Both the position numbers and the translations under genes were made by a program. The notes under the pieces were generated by a model. The model did not search any database, had not been told where the DNA came from, and saw only the letters and a program-made list of their open reading frames with translations. A DNA stretch of 32,000 nt from Desulfotalea psychrophila LSv54 (GTDB lineage: Bacteria > Desulfobacterota > Desulfobulbia > Desulfobulbales > Desulfocapsaceae): the NCBI RefSeq assembly GCF_000025945.1, contig NC_006138.1:1710001-1742000 (forward strand), in the 5' to 3' direction. The first letter of the stretch is position 1. Every line of letters begins with the position of its first letter. This document shows positions 19,830-28,684 of the stretch, in pieces.

Positions 19830-20882
19830 ATGTCTCAACTATTTGCCTTTATCGGCGCCATCGTAATATTTCTCACTCCGGCAAACCTGTTGGCAAACGA
19901 TATACTGGATTTCTTCGATCAGACAATCACAACCGTCTCGAAGCAGCAGGGTGAGAGGAACCACTCCTCTGCAGTCGCATCGTCCTTTTTTTGCAAGGGC
20001 CGGGTCTTTCTCTGGGAGTCTTCTGCTGGACAAGGCGGAGAGATGAAGGTGATCTGGAGCTCGGGAAACCGGTTTGGTATAAGCCAGATTAACCGAAAGA
20101 ACAGGGCGGCCGGAGAGGTTGCCTTTTCCGGAGAGATCAAGGGCAATAGGGTGATTTTGGAAAATCGTGAATGGGGCGAGCTCTGGCGGGGAGCTGTGCA
20201 TGGCAATAAAATTGTCGGCAAGATCGATGGCGTTTACACATTCAGGATCTGGCCTCGTAAACCTAAGGCCTCCTCGCAGCCCCCAGGAAAACTGTTTAGG
20301 GAGGGCAAGGTTCTTAAATGGAATGCTTCATCGGGGCAGGGCGGCAAGATGAGGGTGACTTGGAGAAGTGGCAATCGGTTCAAGGTGGCCCAGACTAATG
20401 ACAAGAACAGGGCGGCCGGTGAAGTACTCCTTTACGGCAAAATGAGCGGAAACAGGGTGACCATTGAAAACCGGGAATGGAATGAGGTTTGGAGGGGTGT
20501 CAGTAATGGTAGCCGGGTAAAGGGCAAGATCAACCAGCGTTACGATTTTAAGATATGGCTCCCTGCTTCGGCGATTTCGAAAATCGAGAAGAAATCGGCC
20601 CTTCTGGAAAAGGGGAATCTCTTTCGTTGGCACTCCTCCGCCGGTCAGGAGGGAAAAATGGAGGTTACCTGGATTCGGGGCTCTCGCTTTAGGATGAGCC
20701 AGACCAACAGGAACAACCGGGCCGCGGGAAAGGTGATCCTGCACGGTAAACGTAAGGGTAATAGAATTATTCTTGAAAGTCCTCAGTGGGATGAAACATG
20801 GGTGGGAACTATCACCGGTCGTGGCGAAATTACAGGGAAGATTAACGGTCAATATGGATTCAGGATGAAGCGGGTATATTGA
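19830..20882 (+). CDS. Exported protein of unknown function built of three ~86-aa tandem repeats
   Basis: ORF 19773..20882; likely start M20 (MSQLFAFIGAIVIFLTPANLLA, signal peptide) preceded by GGAAAGAGGAG. Repeats start at KGRVFLW, EGKVLKW and KGNLFRW. Confidence 0.75.
   Translation: MSQLFAFIGAIVIFLTPANLLANDILDFFDQTITTVSKQQGERNHSSAVASSFFCKGRVFLWESSAGQGGEMKVIWSSGNRFGISQINRKNRAAGEVAFSGEIKGNRVILENREWGELWRGAVHGNKIVGKIDGVYTFRIWPRKPKASSQPPGKLFREGKVLKWNASSGQGGKMRVTWRSGNRFKVAQTNDKNRAAGEVLLYGKMSGNRVTIENREWNEVWRGVSNGSRVKGKINQRYDFKIWLPASAISKIEKKSALLEKGNLFRWHSSAGQEGKMEVTWIRGSRFRMSQTNRNNRAAGKVILHGKRKGNRIILESPQWDETWVGTITGRGEITGKINGQYGFRMKRVY
19995..20870 (+). repeat. Three protein-level repeats: 19995-20252, 20301-20558, 20610-20870
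   Basis: Shared pattern W.(S/A)S(A/S)GQ.G.M.V.W..G.RF...Q.N..NRAAG.V...G...GNR...E...W.E.W.G...G....GKI...Y.F. Confidence 0.9.
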
Positions 20883-20931
20883 AACCCGTTTCACCTTTGT
20901 TTCGCTACTCTCTTGAACGGGGATGCTGCTG

Positions 20932-20964
20932 AAAATAGTATGAGTCTCACCTCGTGCTATTTTT
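20932..20964 (+). terminator. Putative rho-independent terminator downstream of the triple-repeat gene
   Basis: AAAATAGTATGAG-TCTCAC-CTCGTGCTATTTT forms a 13-pair stem (2 G-U) ending in a T run (TTTTT). Confidence 0.5.
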
Positions 20965-21082
20965 GTCTTCTCATTAGTGGCAATATGTTTACATCGTCTT
21001 GGGGACGATTATTGGATAGGTTCTGAGCGGCAGAGTTGAAATATTACCTATGGGATTTAGCTTTCCGGCCTAGCGAAAAATC

Positions 21083-21111
21083 TTGACATAACTGCCGCCC
21101 TGTGGCATAAA
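21083..21111 (+). promoter_or_regulatory. Sigma70-like promoter upstream of the tetR gene
   Basis: TTGACA (21083-21088), 17-nt spacer, CATAAA (21106-21111). Confidence 0.6.
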
Positions 21112-21124
21112 ATGAACATTCATT
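21111..21124 (+). promoter_or_regulatory. Candidate TetR operator 1: AATGAACATTCATT
   Basis: 6-bp arms AATGAA/TTCATT with CA centre; abuts the -10; 11/14 match to operator 2. Confidence 0.6.
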
Positions 21125-21144
21125 CTAATAAAAGAGGAGAGCCT

Positions 21145-21741
21145 GTGGAAGTGAAAAAAGAGAAGATAAGCCGGCGGAACAAGGATATCCGGGCCATGAT
21201 CCTGGATGCGGCCCTGGATCTTTTTTCTACCCGAGGTTATTTTTCTACATCGGTACACCATATCCAGAAGCAGGCCGGGGTCAGCATCGGCTCCATCTAT
21301 CACCACTTTAAAAATAAGGAGGCCATAGCCAAGGCCCTTTACGATGATTTGGTGGCAATGATGGGCCAGTCCATGGCAGAGATCATGGCCTCTGGGGAAA
21401 ACAGCGAACACCGCCTAAAGGCTGTCTGCGCTCATCTCTTTGCACTGACAGAAAGCTCACCGAAGATAATGCAGTATATTCTCTATGCTCGGCATCGGGA
21501 GTTTATGCCCGACGAGCTACCCATCTGCTCTTCCCGTCCCTTTGTCATTATTCAGGATATGGTTCGGGAGGGTATGGAGAGGGGAGAGCTGAGGCAGATG
21601 AATCTTACCGTGGCCAGCGCCTCTGTTATGGGAGCAGCCATTCGCCTGATCTATCTTAGCCTGGACGGTGTCCTGGAGAAACCGGTAAGCTCCTATCTCG
21701 ACGAGATCTGGGAGTGTAGTTGGAAAAGCGTCGCCGTCTAG
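21145..21741 (+). CDS. TetR/AcrR family transcriptional regulator
   Basis: ORF 21112..21741; likely GTG start at 21145 after AGAGGAGA. DIRAMILDAALDLFSTRGYFSTSVHHIQKQAGVSIGSIYHHFKNKEAIAKALYDDL is a TetR HTH. Confidence 0.93.
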   Translation: MEVKKEKISRRNKDIRAMILDAALDLFSTRGYFSTSVHHIQKQAGVSIGSIYHHFKNKEAIAKALYDDLVAMMGQSMAEIMASGENSEHRLKAVCAHLFALTESSPKIMQYILYARHREFMPDELPICSSRPFVIIQDMVREGMERGELRQMNLTVASASVMGAAIRLIYLSLDGVLEKPVSSYLDEIWECSWKSVAV

Positions 21742-21810
21742 GACTCAGATCCTGTAGCCGAGGTGGGCAGGGGGATAGAAGCTCTGTCCATTTTTTACAA
21801 TAACAAGCAG

Positions 21811-21824
21811 AACGAACGTTCGTT
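21811..21824 (+). promoter_or_regulatory. Candidate TetR operator 2: perfect palindrome AACGAACGTTCGTT
   Basis: 14-bp perfect palindrome between tetR and the flavoprotein gene, downstream of a -10-like TACAAT (21796-21801). Confidence 0.6.
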
Positions 21825-21849
21825 TTAGAAACAGACAATGGAGAAAAGC

Positions 21850-23181
21850 ATGAAAAAAAGCGATATTATTATTATAGGAGGCGGTGCCGCAGGTATCGTT
21901 GCTGTCAATACCATCCATGCCCTCAATCCCGGTCTTTCCCTTACTCTGATCAAAGATGAGGAGGCACTTGTCAACCGATGTTCCATTCCCTATGGGATGG
22001 GTAGAGAAAAGGGTATTGAAAACTATATTGTTCCCAATAGCCACATCACTGCTACTGGAGCAGACCTTGTTATTGGCCGGGTGGAGGAGATTGATACCCG
22101 AAAAAAAGAGGTAATTCTCCAGACCGGTGAGAGCTATGCCTATGGACAGCTGCTTCTGGCAACCGGCTCCCGTCCCATACTTCCTCAGTTGCCTGGTATC
22201 GAATCGGAGAGGATATTGGTGGTGCGTTCCCTTGGTGATCTGGAACGTCTCCGTGTCTCAGTCCGGTCCGGGCGAAGAGCCTTGGTTGTGGGCGGGGGGT
22301 ATGTGGGGGTGGAGCTGGCCACTGAACTTCAGCAGTTGGGGCTTAGGGTCTCTCTGGTTGAGATGCGGGAGAGAATTCTTCTGGCTACCACCGAGCCGGA
22401 GTTTATTACTGAAGTGGAACAGATGCTTGAGGGCAGGGGCATTCACCTTATGACCGGAAGGCAGGTAACGGCATTTGAAGATGATGGCCGGGAGAGGGTT
22501 GGGGTGAGGCTCGACGATGGGACGGTGCTTGAAGTCGATCTGGTTGTTTTCTCTGCCGGGGTTGTGCCCAATATGGAACTTGCCCAGCGGGCGGGCATAG
22601 CAACCTCTTCTTTAGGAATTATCACCGATAAGAGTCTCAGAACCAGCGTCAGGGATGTCTTTGCTGCCGGTGATTGTGCGGAAAAGCAAGCATTTGTCAC
22701 AGGTCAGCCCACCCGGGGAGATTTTGGTACCAATGCAGTTTTTATGGGCTCGGTGGCAGGACAAAATATGGCCGGGATGGCTGCTTCCTTTATGGGGACC
22801 ATTAATGCCAATGTTTCTATGGTCTATGATACCAGCTTTGGTTCGGCGGGGCTGACCGAGGCAGGGGCCAGGCAGGCGGGCATCGATGTGGTCGTGGGAT
22901 TTTCTGAAACCCTTGATAAATATCCCATGATTGATGGGGCCGCCCCCCTTCGCACTAAATTGATTTTTACTCGGAGTAACGGCGTGCTTATCGGTGGAAG
23001 TGTCATGAAAGAGGGTCGGGGCGTGGCTCCGCATATTGACCTGATCTCTCTTGCCATTCAGAAAAGAACCACCATTGAGGAATTTCTCTGCCATCAATAT
23101 GCCACCCACCCTCAATTGGCAGCGGTCCCCACCGAAAACAGCTGTTTGTTGGCCACCATGGCTGCCATGGCCAGTAGGTAG
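21850..23181 (+). CDS. FAD-dependent pyridine nucleotide-disulfide oxidoreductase (CoA-disulfide reductase / NADH oxidase-like)
   Basis: ORF starts at 21838; GGAGA places the likely start at 21850 (MKKSDIIIIGGGAAG). NAD-binding ALVVGGGYVGVELA, FAD motif SVRDVFAAGDCAE, candidate redox Cys in NRCSIPYGM. Confidence 0.9.
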   Translation: MKKSDIIIIGGGAAGIVAVNTIHALNPGLSLTLIKDEEALVNRCSIPYGMGREKGIENYIVPNSHITATGADLVIGRVEEIDTRKKEVILQTGESYAYGQLLLATGSRPILPQLPGIESERILVVRSLGDLERLRVSVRSGRRALVVGGGYVGVELATELQQLGLRVSLVEMRERILLATTEPEFITEVEQMLEGRGIHLMTGRQVTAFEDDGRERVGVRLDDGTVLEVDLVVFSAGVVPNMELAQRAGIATSSLGIITDKSLRTSVRDVFAAGDCAEKQAFVTGQPTRGDFGTNAVFMGSVAGQNMAGMAASFMGTINANVSMVYDTSFGSAGLTEAGARQAGIDVVVGFSETLDKYPMIDGAAPLRTKLIFTRSNGVLIGGSVMKEGRGVAPHIDLISLAIQKRTTIEEFLCHQYATHPQLAAVPTENSCLLATMAAMASR

Positions 23182-23293
23182 GAGGCGGTGTCCTGAACTC
23201 TCACAGCTCTTTTGAGAAGATCCTGTTCCATGGTAGGCCTGGGCAGAAGAGACAGATCTACCATGAGGGCCTCTTGCAAGGGTGAAACAGCTC

Positions 23294-24070
23294 TTAGTTG
23301 AGGAAGGTCTTTCTGCTGCTCAGGGCCGGAAAGGAGCAACGCGCCTCTTTAACTGCGTTAAGGTTGATTTCAGCGCTGATGGAGTTGTCCATGTCATCTG
23401 CTTGGGCCAGTATCTGGCCATTGGGGCCGACGATCATGCTATTGCCGGCAAGTTGCACACCCTTGCTCATACCCCTTGCATTTGCTGAGATGAGAAGGGC
23501 CTGGTTTTCCAGGGCCCGTACCCGATTGAGGAGGGCCCAATCGGCAAGGCGGGCCAGGGGCCAGGCGGCACAGATTAAAAATATCTCAGTACCCTGATCG
23601 ACCATTTTTCGGAAGAGTTCGGGGAAACGGAGGTCAAAGCAGGTTGCCATTCCTATTATTCCCAGCTTCGTGTTGATGACAGAGATCTCCTGGCCAGCCG
23701 AGAGTATCTCTGTTTCCAAGGAGGCAAAACCAAAGAGATGGATTTTTCTGTAGTTCCCTAGAATATCTCCGTCAGGTGAGATGAGATAGCTGCTGTTATA
23801 GTATTTGTCCTCTATCTTTTCGACAAAGCTTCCCGAGTGGATGAAAGACGATGTCTTTACGGCCATCTCACGTACCATGCTGAGGGTTGGCCCCTTCCTC
23901 TCCTCGGCAAGGCTCCTGTAGGCGGCAAAGTTCATAAAACCGGTATTCCAGATTTCGGGCAGGATGATAAGGTCGGACTCCCGGCATAGCTCTATCTCTG
24001 TCCGGGCCCGGGCAATGCTTGCCGCCTTGTCATCTTCAACGACCGCTAGCTGAATGGCTGAAATTTTCAT
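23294..24070 (-). CDS. Carbon-nitrogen hydrolase (nitrilase superfamily, omega-amidase-like)
   Basis: 258 aa; catalytic triad context LPEIWNTGF, YRKIHLFGF, MATCFDLRFPELFR. Confidence 0.92.
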   Translation of the reverse strand: MKISAIQLAVVEDDKAASIARARTEIELCRESDLIILPEIWNTGFMNFAAYRSLAEERKGPTLSMVREMAVKTSSFIHSGSFVEKIEDKYYNSSYLISPDGDILGNYRKIHLFGFASLETEILSAGQEISVINTKLGIIGMATCFDLRFPELFRKMVDQGTEIFLICAAWPLARLADWALLNRVRALENQALLISANARGMSKGVQLAGNSMIVGPNGQILAQADDMDNSISAEINLNAVKEARCSFPALSSRKTFLN

Positions 24071-24142
24071 GCTGCCCCTCTTGGTTGGATGGGTGGGCTG
24101 TCTATTTCGGTATTGAGAGTAATATGTGGAAAGGTAAGAGTT

Positions 24143-25135
24143 TCATTCTGCTGTCAAGCAACATCTCTTGCTGGCATTCTCAGGGGCTTTTTCTGTAATA
24201 GGTTCATTTGCTGTTGGCCATGGTATGTTCTGCTCATCTCTGTATAGCATAACCTGGTTTTTGCCGTTGCCTTTTGCAGCATAGAGGGCCTTGTCAGCAT
24301 TGTTGATTAAGATTTCCGGATTTGTGCCAATTGAAAATTCTGAGACGCCAAAACTGCATGTTCTCTTGCCGGCGGTACCATTGTCGTAATTGGCAATATT
24401 CAGGCGGATTTTTTCGGCTACTACGGCAGCACCTGTTAGATAAGTTTCAGGCAGGAGGATGATAAATTCTTCACCGCCCCATCGAGCGAAGAGATCACTT
24501 TCTCGAATGCTTTTTGCCGTTAGAGACGACAGCCCTTTGAGGACTTCATCACCCACCAGGTGTCCATAGGTGTCATTGACAGATTTGAAGTTGTCGATAT
24601 CAATCATAATTAATGAAAATGGATGGTTATGGCGATTGGCCCTCATTACCTCAGTGGCTAATAAGTCGTTGAACATCTTTCTGTTGTAGCAGCCAAGAAG
24701 AGGGTCTGTGCTGGCTTGTTTTTTTACAATATCAAGCTGTTCGTTAATGGTTGCCTTGGCTTCGAGTAAGGCTGTTGTATCATAGATTATGACACTTATT
24801 TCATCGCTGCCCAAGGGTGTTATAACAACATCTTGATGCATGTATCGGAAACGTGAATTCGTGATTTTGTTCAGCGGGATGGGAATTATGTACTTGTCGA
24901 TTTGTGAGTTGGTGAAGGTAGAAGATTGTAGCTTAAGAGAAACCTTCACCTTTCTTTTTAAAATTTTAAATGACGTATCGGGAAACAGTTCATCAACTCT
25001 CTTCCCCTGAGCTGATTCCTGGCTAATACCTGTGTTAATTGCCAACCAGTTGTTCCAGAAGAGGATAGTCAGGTGCCTGTCTATGATGAGCACGCCATTA
25101 TCAATGATATTTAGAACAGTTGTTTCTGTATCCAT
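24143..25135 (-). CDS. PAS-GGDEF diguanylate cyclase
   Basis: 330 aa; N-terminal PAS-like region, GGDEF domain with ARWGGEEFIILLPE active site and RxxD I-site (RESD) five residues upstream. Confidence 0.93.
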   Translation of the reverse strand: MDTETTVLNIIDNGVLIIDRHLTILFWNNWLAINTGISQESAQGKRVDELFPDTSFKILKRKVKVSLKLQSSTFTNSQIDKYIIPIPLNKITNSRFRYMHQDVVITPLGSDEISVIIYDTTALLEAKATINEQLDIVKKQASTDPLLGCYNRKMFNDLLATEVMRANRHNHPFSLIMIDIDNFKSVNDTYGHLVGDEVLKGLSSLTAKSIRESDLFARWGGEEFIILLPETYLTGAAVVAEKIRLNIANYDNGTAGKRTCSFGVSEFSIGTNPEILINNADKALYAAKGNGKNQVMLYRDEQNIPWPTANEPITEKAPENASKRCCLTAE

Positions 25136-25723
25136 CTAGATGTTTTCCATGAAATCATTGAGAGCATTTTCTAACCAGGCAAACATTTCATCGCTGAATA
25201 AAATGATCAACTTACCGTTAATGTTGAGTTCTTCGAAGGCTAGTATCGTGCTTATGACAATAACTTTGTTGAACTGTGAAGCATGGTTAGCCCGGATGAT
25301 GAAATTCGTAAAATCGATGGATGGGGGTGCAAAAGCAACCTCGGTGTCAAGCATTTCGGCGAGTTTCCCAATGCATGATGAGCTGAGGATATTTGATATT
25401 TCAAGAATGTTCTGTTGTACTTCATTCTCTTCAAACTCTTCATCCTTGTCAATAATAGTGTGCATGTTTTTGCCACTCTCAGGATCAATGACCAGAACTA
25501 CTTCACCGTGAAATGTGCCCTTGAACTGCTGTGAGCTGACATAAAATTTGTTATCGTTACTTCCGACAATAAATTCATTAACTCTTTCAAGGTCAACAAA
25601 ATCTATGGTTGGAACATGGAGAGTCGCAAAGTTATCAAAAAGATCGGCAATAGTTGCTGTCGCAGATCCAAAAGATATATTTGTCAGCTCTTCGAGAACG
25701 TCTTTTAGGTCATCACCTATCAT
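25136..25723 (-). CDS. CheC/CheX-like CheY phosphatase family protein
   Basis: 195 aa; two ExxN helices: DVLEELTNISFGSATATIADL and NILEISNILSSSCIGKLAEML. Confidence 0.8.
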   Translation of the reverse strand: MIGDDLKDVLEELTNISFGSATATIADLFDNFATLHVPTIDFVDLERVNEFIVGSNDNKFYVSSQQFKGTFHGEVVLVIDPESGKNMHTIIDKDEEFEENEVQQNILEISNILSSSCIGKLAEMLDTEVAFAPPSIDFTNFIIRANHASQFNKVIVISTILAFEELNINGKLIILFSDEMFAWLENALNDFMENI

Positions 25724-26091
25724 TAGGCTGACTCCGGGAGAGAGGCGAGTATTTCAGTAAGTCGTTCTGCGCTGATAGGTTTTGCTTCCATTTCGGTTGC
25801 TCCGCTAGCCACGACTTTTTCTTTTGATTTAGCCTGAACGTCGGCTGTCACAATATAAACGATGGCCTGTGGGTCGTGAGCCATGATAAGGGTCAGCGCT
25901 TCAAAACCATCCATGACAGGCATGGTCAAGTCTAAAAAAAGTATGTCAGGAGAGTGCTCGCGGTAGAGGTCGACTGCCTCTTGGCCATTTTCTCCCTGAA
26001 TAATAGTAGCCGTATTTCGTATTTTTTCCGGCATTCTTTTCATCAACATCATTCGAGAAAGCCTTGTGTCGTCTATAATTAATATTTTCAT
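25723..26091 (-). CDS. Single-domain response regulator (CheY-like receiver)
   Basis: 122 aa; KILIIDDTRLSR, DILFLDLTMPVMDGFEAL, VYIVTAD, KPI; overlaps the CheC-like start (TAATG). Confidence 0.93.
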   Translation of the reverse strand: MKILIIDDTRLSRMMLMKRMPEKIRNTATIIQGENGQEAVDLYREHSPDILFLDLTMPVMDGFEALTLIMAHDPQAIVYIVTADVQAKSKEKVVASGATEMEAKPISAERLTEILASLPESA

Positions 26092-26585
26092 GTTTTTCCA
26101 AATTATTAGGGCGCTAGATATCTGTAATGCTTGTCTCTGCTGAATATAGAGCTCACTCTATTGCCCTCTAAGATATTTTAAGACAACCTAGCTTCTTTAA
26201 GTTATTTTATCCAGAAATATTACTCTGCAGGTAATTAAAGTATTAAGTTGTTGGCTTCCGGGTGGCCCTGCAGATCCCTGCCCTGGAAGGTAGCCTTTGC
26301 TTTGAGCGGAGCCCTGGATAAAAGGACTCTCTCTGCCTGGGGCAGGAACTGGAGTAGGGGGACAAAGAAAAGGAGGTGAAGAGTGGTATGGATCTTAAAG
26401 AATTATAGCCAATCGGCTTGCATGATCCTGCGGCGGATAAAGGTCCCATCTTCTATCTTTAAGGTAGCTGGGGTGGATGGCATGAAGATCTGGCTTAGGG
26501 TACGAAAATAAACGGAGTCATTTCGAGCCATTTTGCTGGTTATGGCTACATATTTGCTCAAATTGCTTTGAGCTTTATGGCAGTT

Positions 26586-27620
26586 CTATTTGTCTGGGGT
26601 AATGAAGTTGAACCACATTTCTCGTCGCTTAACTGAGTGAGACCAAAATGTTCCGGGATGGCTCAGGGTGCGTTTGACCTGTGACCAGGTTGATATTGTC
26701 TCACCGCGCCGCAGACGTATGGACCACAGATATGTCGTACCAGGTTTGAGTGAAACATCCGGTGTGAACGCGGTCTCTGTAAGGCCCTGTCCATATGCCA
26801 GAAGTTGACCACGGCGCCATCTTCTTTTTCCTGTCAATCGATCTAAATTGATCTTACGCCAGGTGGAATCGTAGGCTTCGTATATTACCACATCATATTT
26901 GATGCCGGGTATGGATGAGGGCAACCAGCGCAGGGTTGGCCTTGTGCTGGTAACTCTGGCATTTTGCAGACGATCAGGAGACGTTGGGCTCAGGCCAATA
27001 TTGGTGGATGAACAGGAAACGCCCCAATCGCCATTACATATATAAGAGACTCTGCTATATGTTCCGGGGTCAAGAGGTCTCAGCTTAACTACTCTGTTCA
27101 GTGGGTCTTTACTCGCCCCGGGATATCTCCTGTGAAACTCCTTGACGGCCTCCGAATAATTATCATTTATCCTTTGGTTGCTGGATTGATTCTTGTGTGA
27201 TTTTAGGGTGATTTCCCCAAGGTACAGGCCCTCGACTTTAGCCTCTACTATAAAAGGTATCCAGAGAGGTTGGGCCAGTGAAATCTGTCTGGATAGCCAG
27301 CCTGTTTCTGTGGAAAAGCCATAAACGCCAAGAATTTCATACTCTCCAGGTGGCAAGGGCCAATAGAAGTACTCGTTTTCGTCGACCTTGTATTCCATTA
27401 TTACGGGGCTTCCCACCCGTCGGAACTCGATGGTCAAAGAGTTTTCAAGACCGGAGGTGCTCAGCTTGATCTGTTTGCCCTCTACAATGACATTGACTTT
27501 GGCAAAGACAATGGCCTGTTCCGCTGACAGTGTTTGGGCCGTTTCTAGCTGCACAACTCCTGTGCAGCCCGTCAAGGCAATCGATATTATAGCCGCTAGC
27601 CAATACCCCAATATATTCAT
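26586..27620 (-). CDS. Putative lipoprotein of unknown function, with fibronectin-III-like C-terminal half
   Basis: 344 aa; lipobox ISIALTGC; RPTLRWLPSSIPGIKYDVVIYEA...LKPGTTYLWSIRLR resembles an FN3 fold. Confidence 0.7.
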   Translation of the reverse strand: MNILGYWLAAIISIALTGCTGVVQLETAQTLSAEQAIVFAKVNVIVEGKQIKLSTSGLENSLTIEFRRVGSPVIMEYKVDENEYFYWPLPPGEYEILGVYGFSTETGWLSRQISLAQPLWIPFIVEAKVEGLYLGEITLKSHKNQSSNQRINDNYSEAVKEFHRRYPGASKDPLNRVVKLRPLDPGTYSRVSYICNGDWGVSCSSTNIGLSPTSPDRLQNARVTSTRPTLRWLPSSIPGIKYDVVIYEAYDSTWRKINLDRLTGKRRWRRGQLLAYGQGLTETAFTPDVSLKPGTTYLWSIRLRRGETISTWSQVKRTLSHPGTFWSHSVKRREMWFNFITPDK

Positions 27621-27894
27621 GGCTCTCCCTCGCGTTTCAAGTCCGGTTTATGGTGCCAATCTCTGTTTTTAACCACTCCTCTATCTAGCTTACGTTATTT
27701 ATCTGTTATGGCCAAAAGTTAACTGCTTACATCTGCGGAGGATGTGATGCGCTTACCCCGCTAGGGGATGGGGGGCAAGGTGCAGAGGTGGGCTAGATGA
27801 GATGACTCTGTTTAAGAGTTGTTTTAAACGCTGATCAGTGTGTCAATTCCTGCCTATCCTGAAAGGGTCAAGGTCCTTGCTATCCCGTCCTGGC

Positions 27895-28272
27895 CTAGAA
27901 AGATTCACGCCAGTTGCCCCTAATTGGTTGGTCAAGGTCGATGGCAACAATCTGTTTAGCCGCTTTAAAAAAATGGGGAGACCCTTCACTGTCAGCGCTA
28001 AAGCTTACCTCGTCGTCATCTTCGTATGGATTCAGCAGATCGAGGAAATGGCCAACGGTGATTCTGCATGCCTGTTCTGAGGCATTGGTGCCGGAGGATT
28101 TGTCCAACTCATCAAGGACGACAAGGGCGATCTTGGGGCCATAGCGCTTAATTTCTTGGAAGATCAGAGGTCGCTTCAAAAATTTTGCCGAGCCAAATGT
28201 TACCTCAGTCTCTGGATCTATAGAGCTTAAGTTTATACGGAGCATTCCAACAGTGGTGTTTGGGTTTTGCAT
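27895..28272 (-). CDS. Hypothetical protein, 125 aa
   Basis: ORF with plausible coding character; no family recognised. Confidence 0.5.
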   Translation of the reverse strand: MQNPNTTVGMLRINLSSIDPETEVTFGSAKFLKRPLIFQEIKRYGPKIALVVLDELDKSSGTNASEQACRITVGHFLDLLNPYEDDDEVSFSADSEGSPHFFKAAKQIVAIDLDQPIRGNWRESF

Positions 28273-28684
28273 AGACGGCCTCTCTGTTTAATAGAAAATA
28301 GATCCGGGGGTGGACTTGGCCCTCTTCCCCAAGACTCAGTACGGGCTTGGCTACTGCTACCTTTAAGCCTAGCAGGGGGGAGAGCCTCTTTCAACAGAAA
28401 ATTAAGGCAATCGCCCTTTTGCTTTGACTCTCCGGATGTGGGCTATGAGGTAACCTGTGGGTAAAGACATTCGGCCTATCCTGCCTTCGCTTTGTCCTTA
28501 GGGTGATGCTTATTCCAGCTTTAGTATTGGCTATCTCTATATCACCTATTTTCTTTATAGATAATAACTATTTGAATTGTTTGTGTAAAAAAACTAGGTT
28601 CCCTGACAGTTTTGTCGGTGGAGGGGGGGGGCTCTTGCCTCTGCCGAATGAGTTGGCCAATCAGGATATTTTAAAAGGATCAAT

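Noticed and set aside
20167-20894. Antisense ORFs (120 aa, 100 aa, 188 aa) across the triple-repeat gene
   Set aside because: Repeated antisense reading of the repeated coding sequence; the plus-strand protein has a signal peptide and strong repeat conservation.
26243-26449. 68-aa minus-strand ORF between the receiver gene and the lipoprotein gene
   Set aside because: No domain, no good start context; most likely noncoding.
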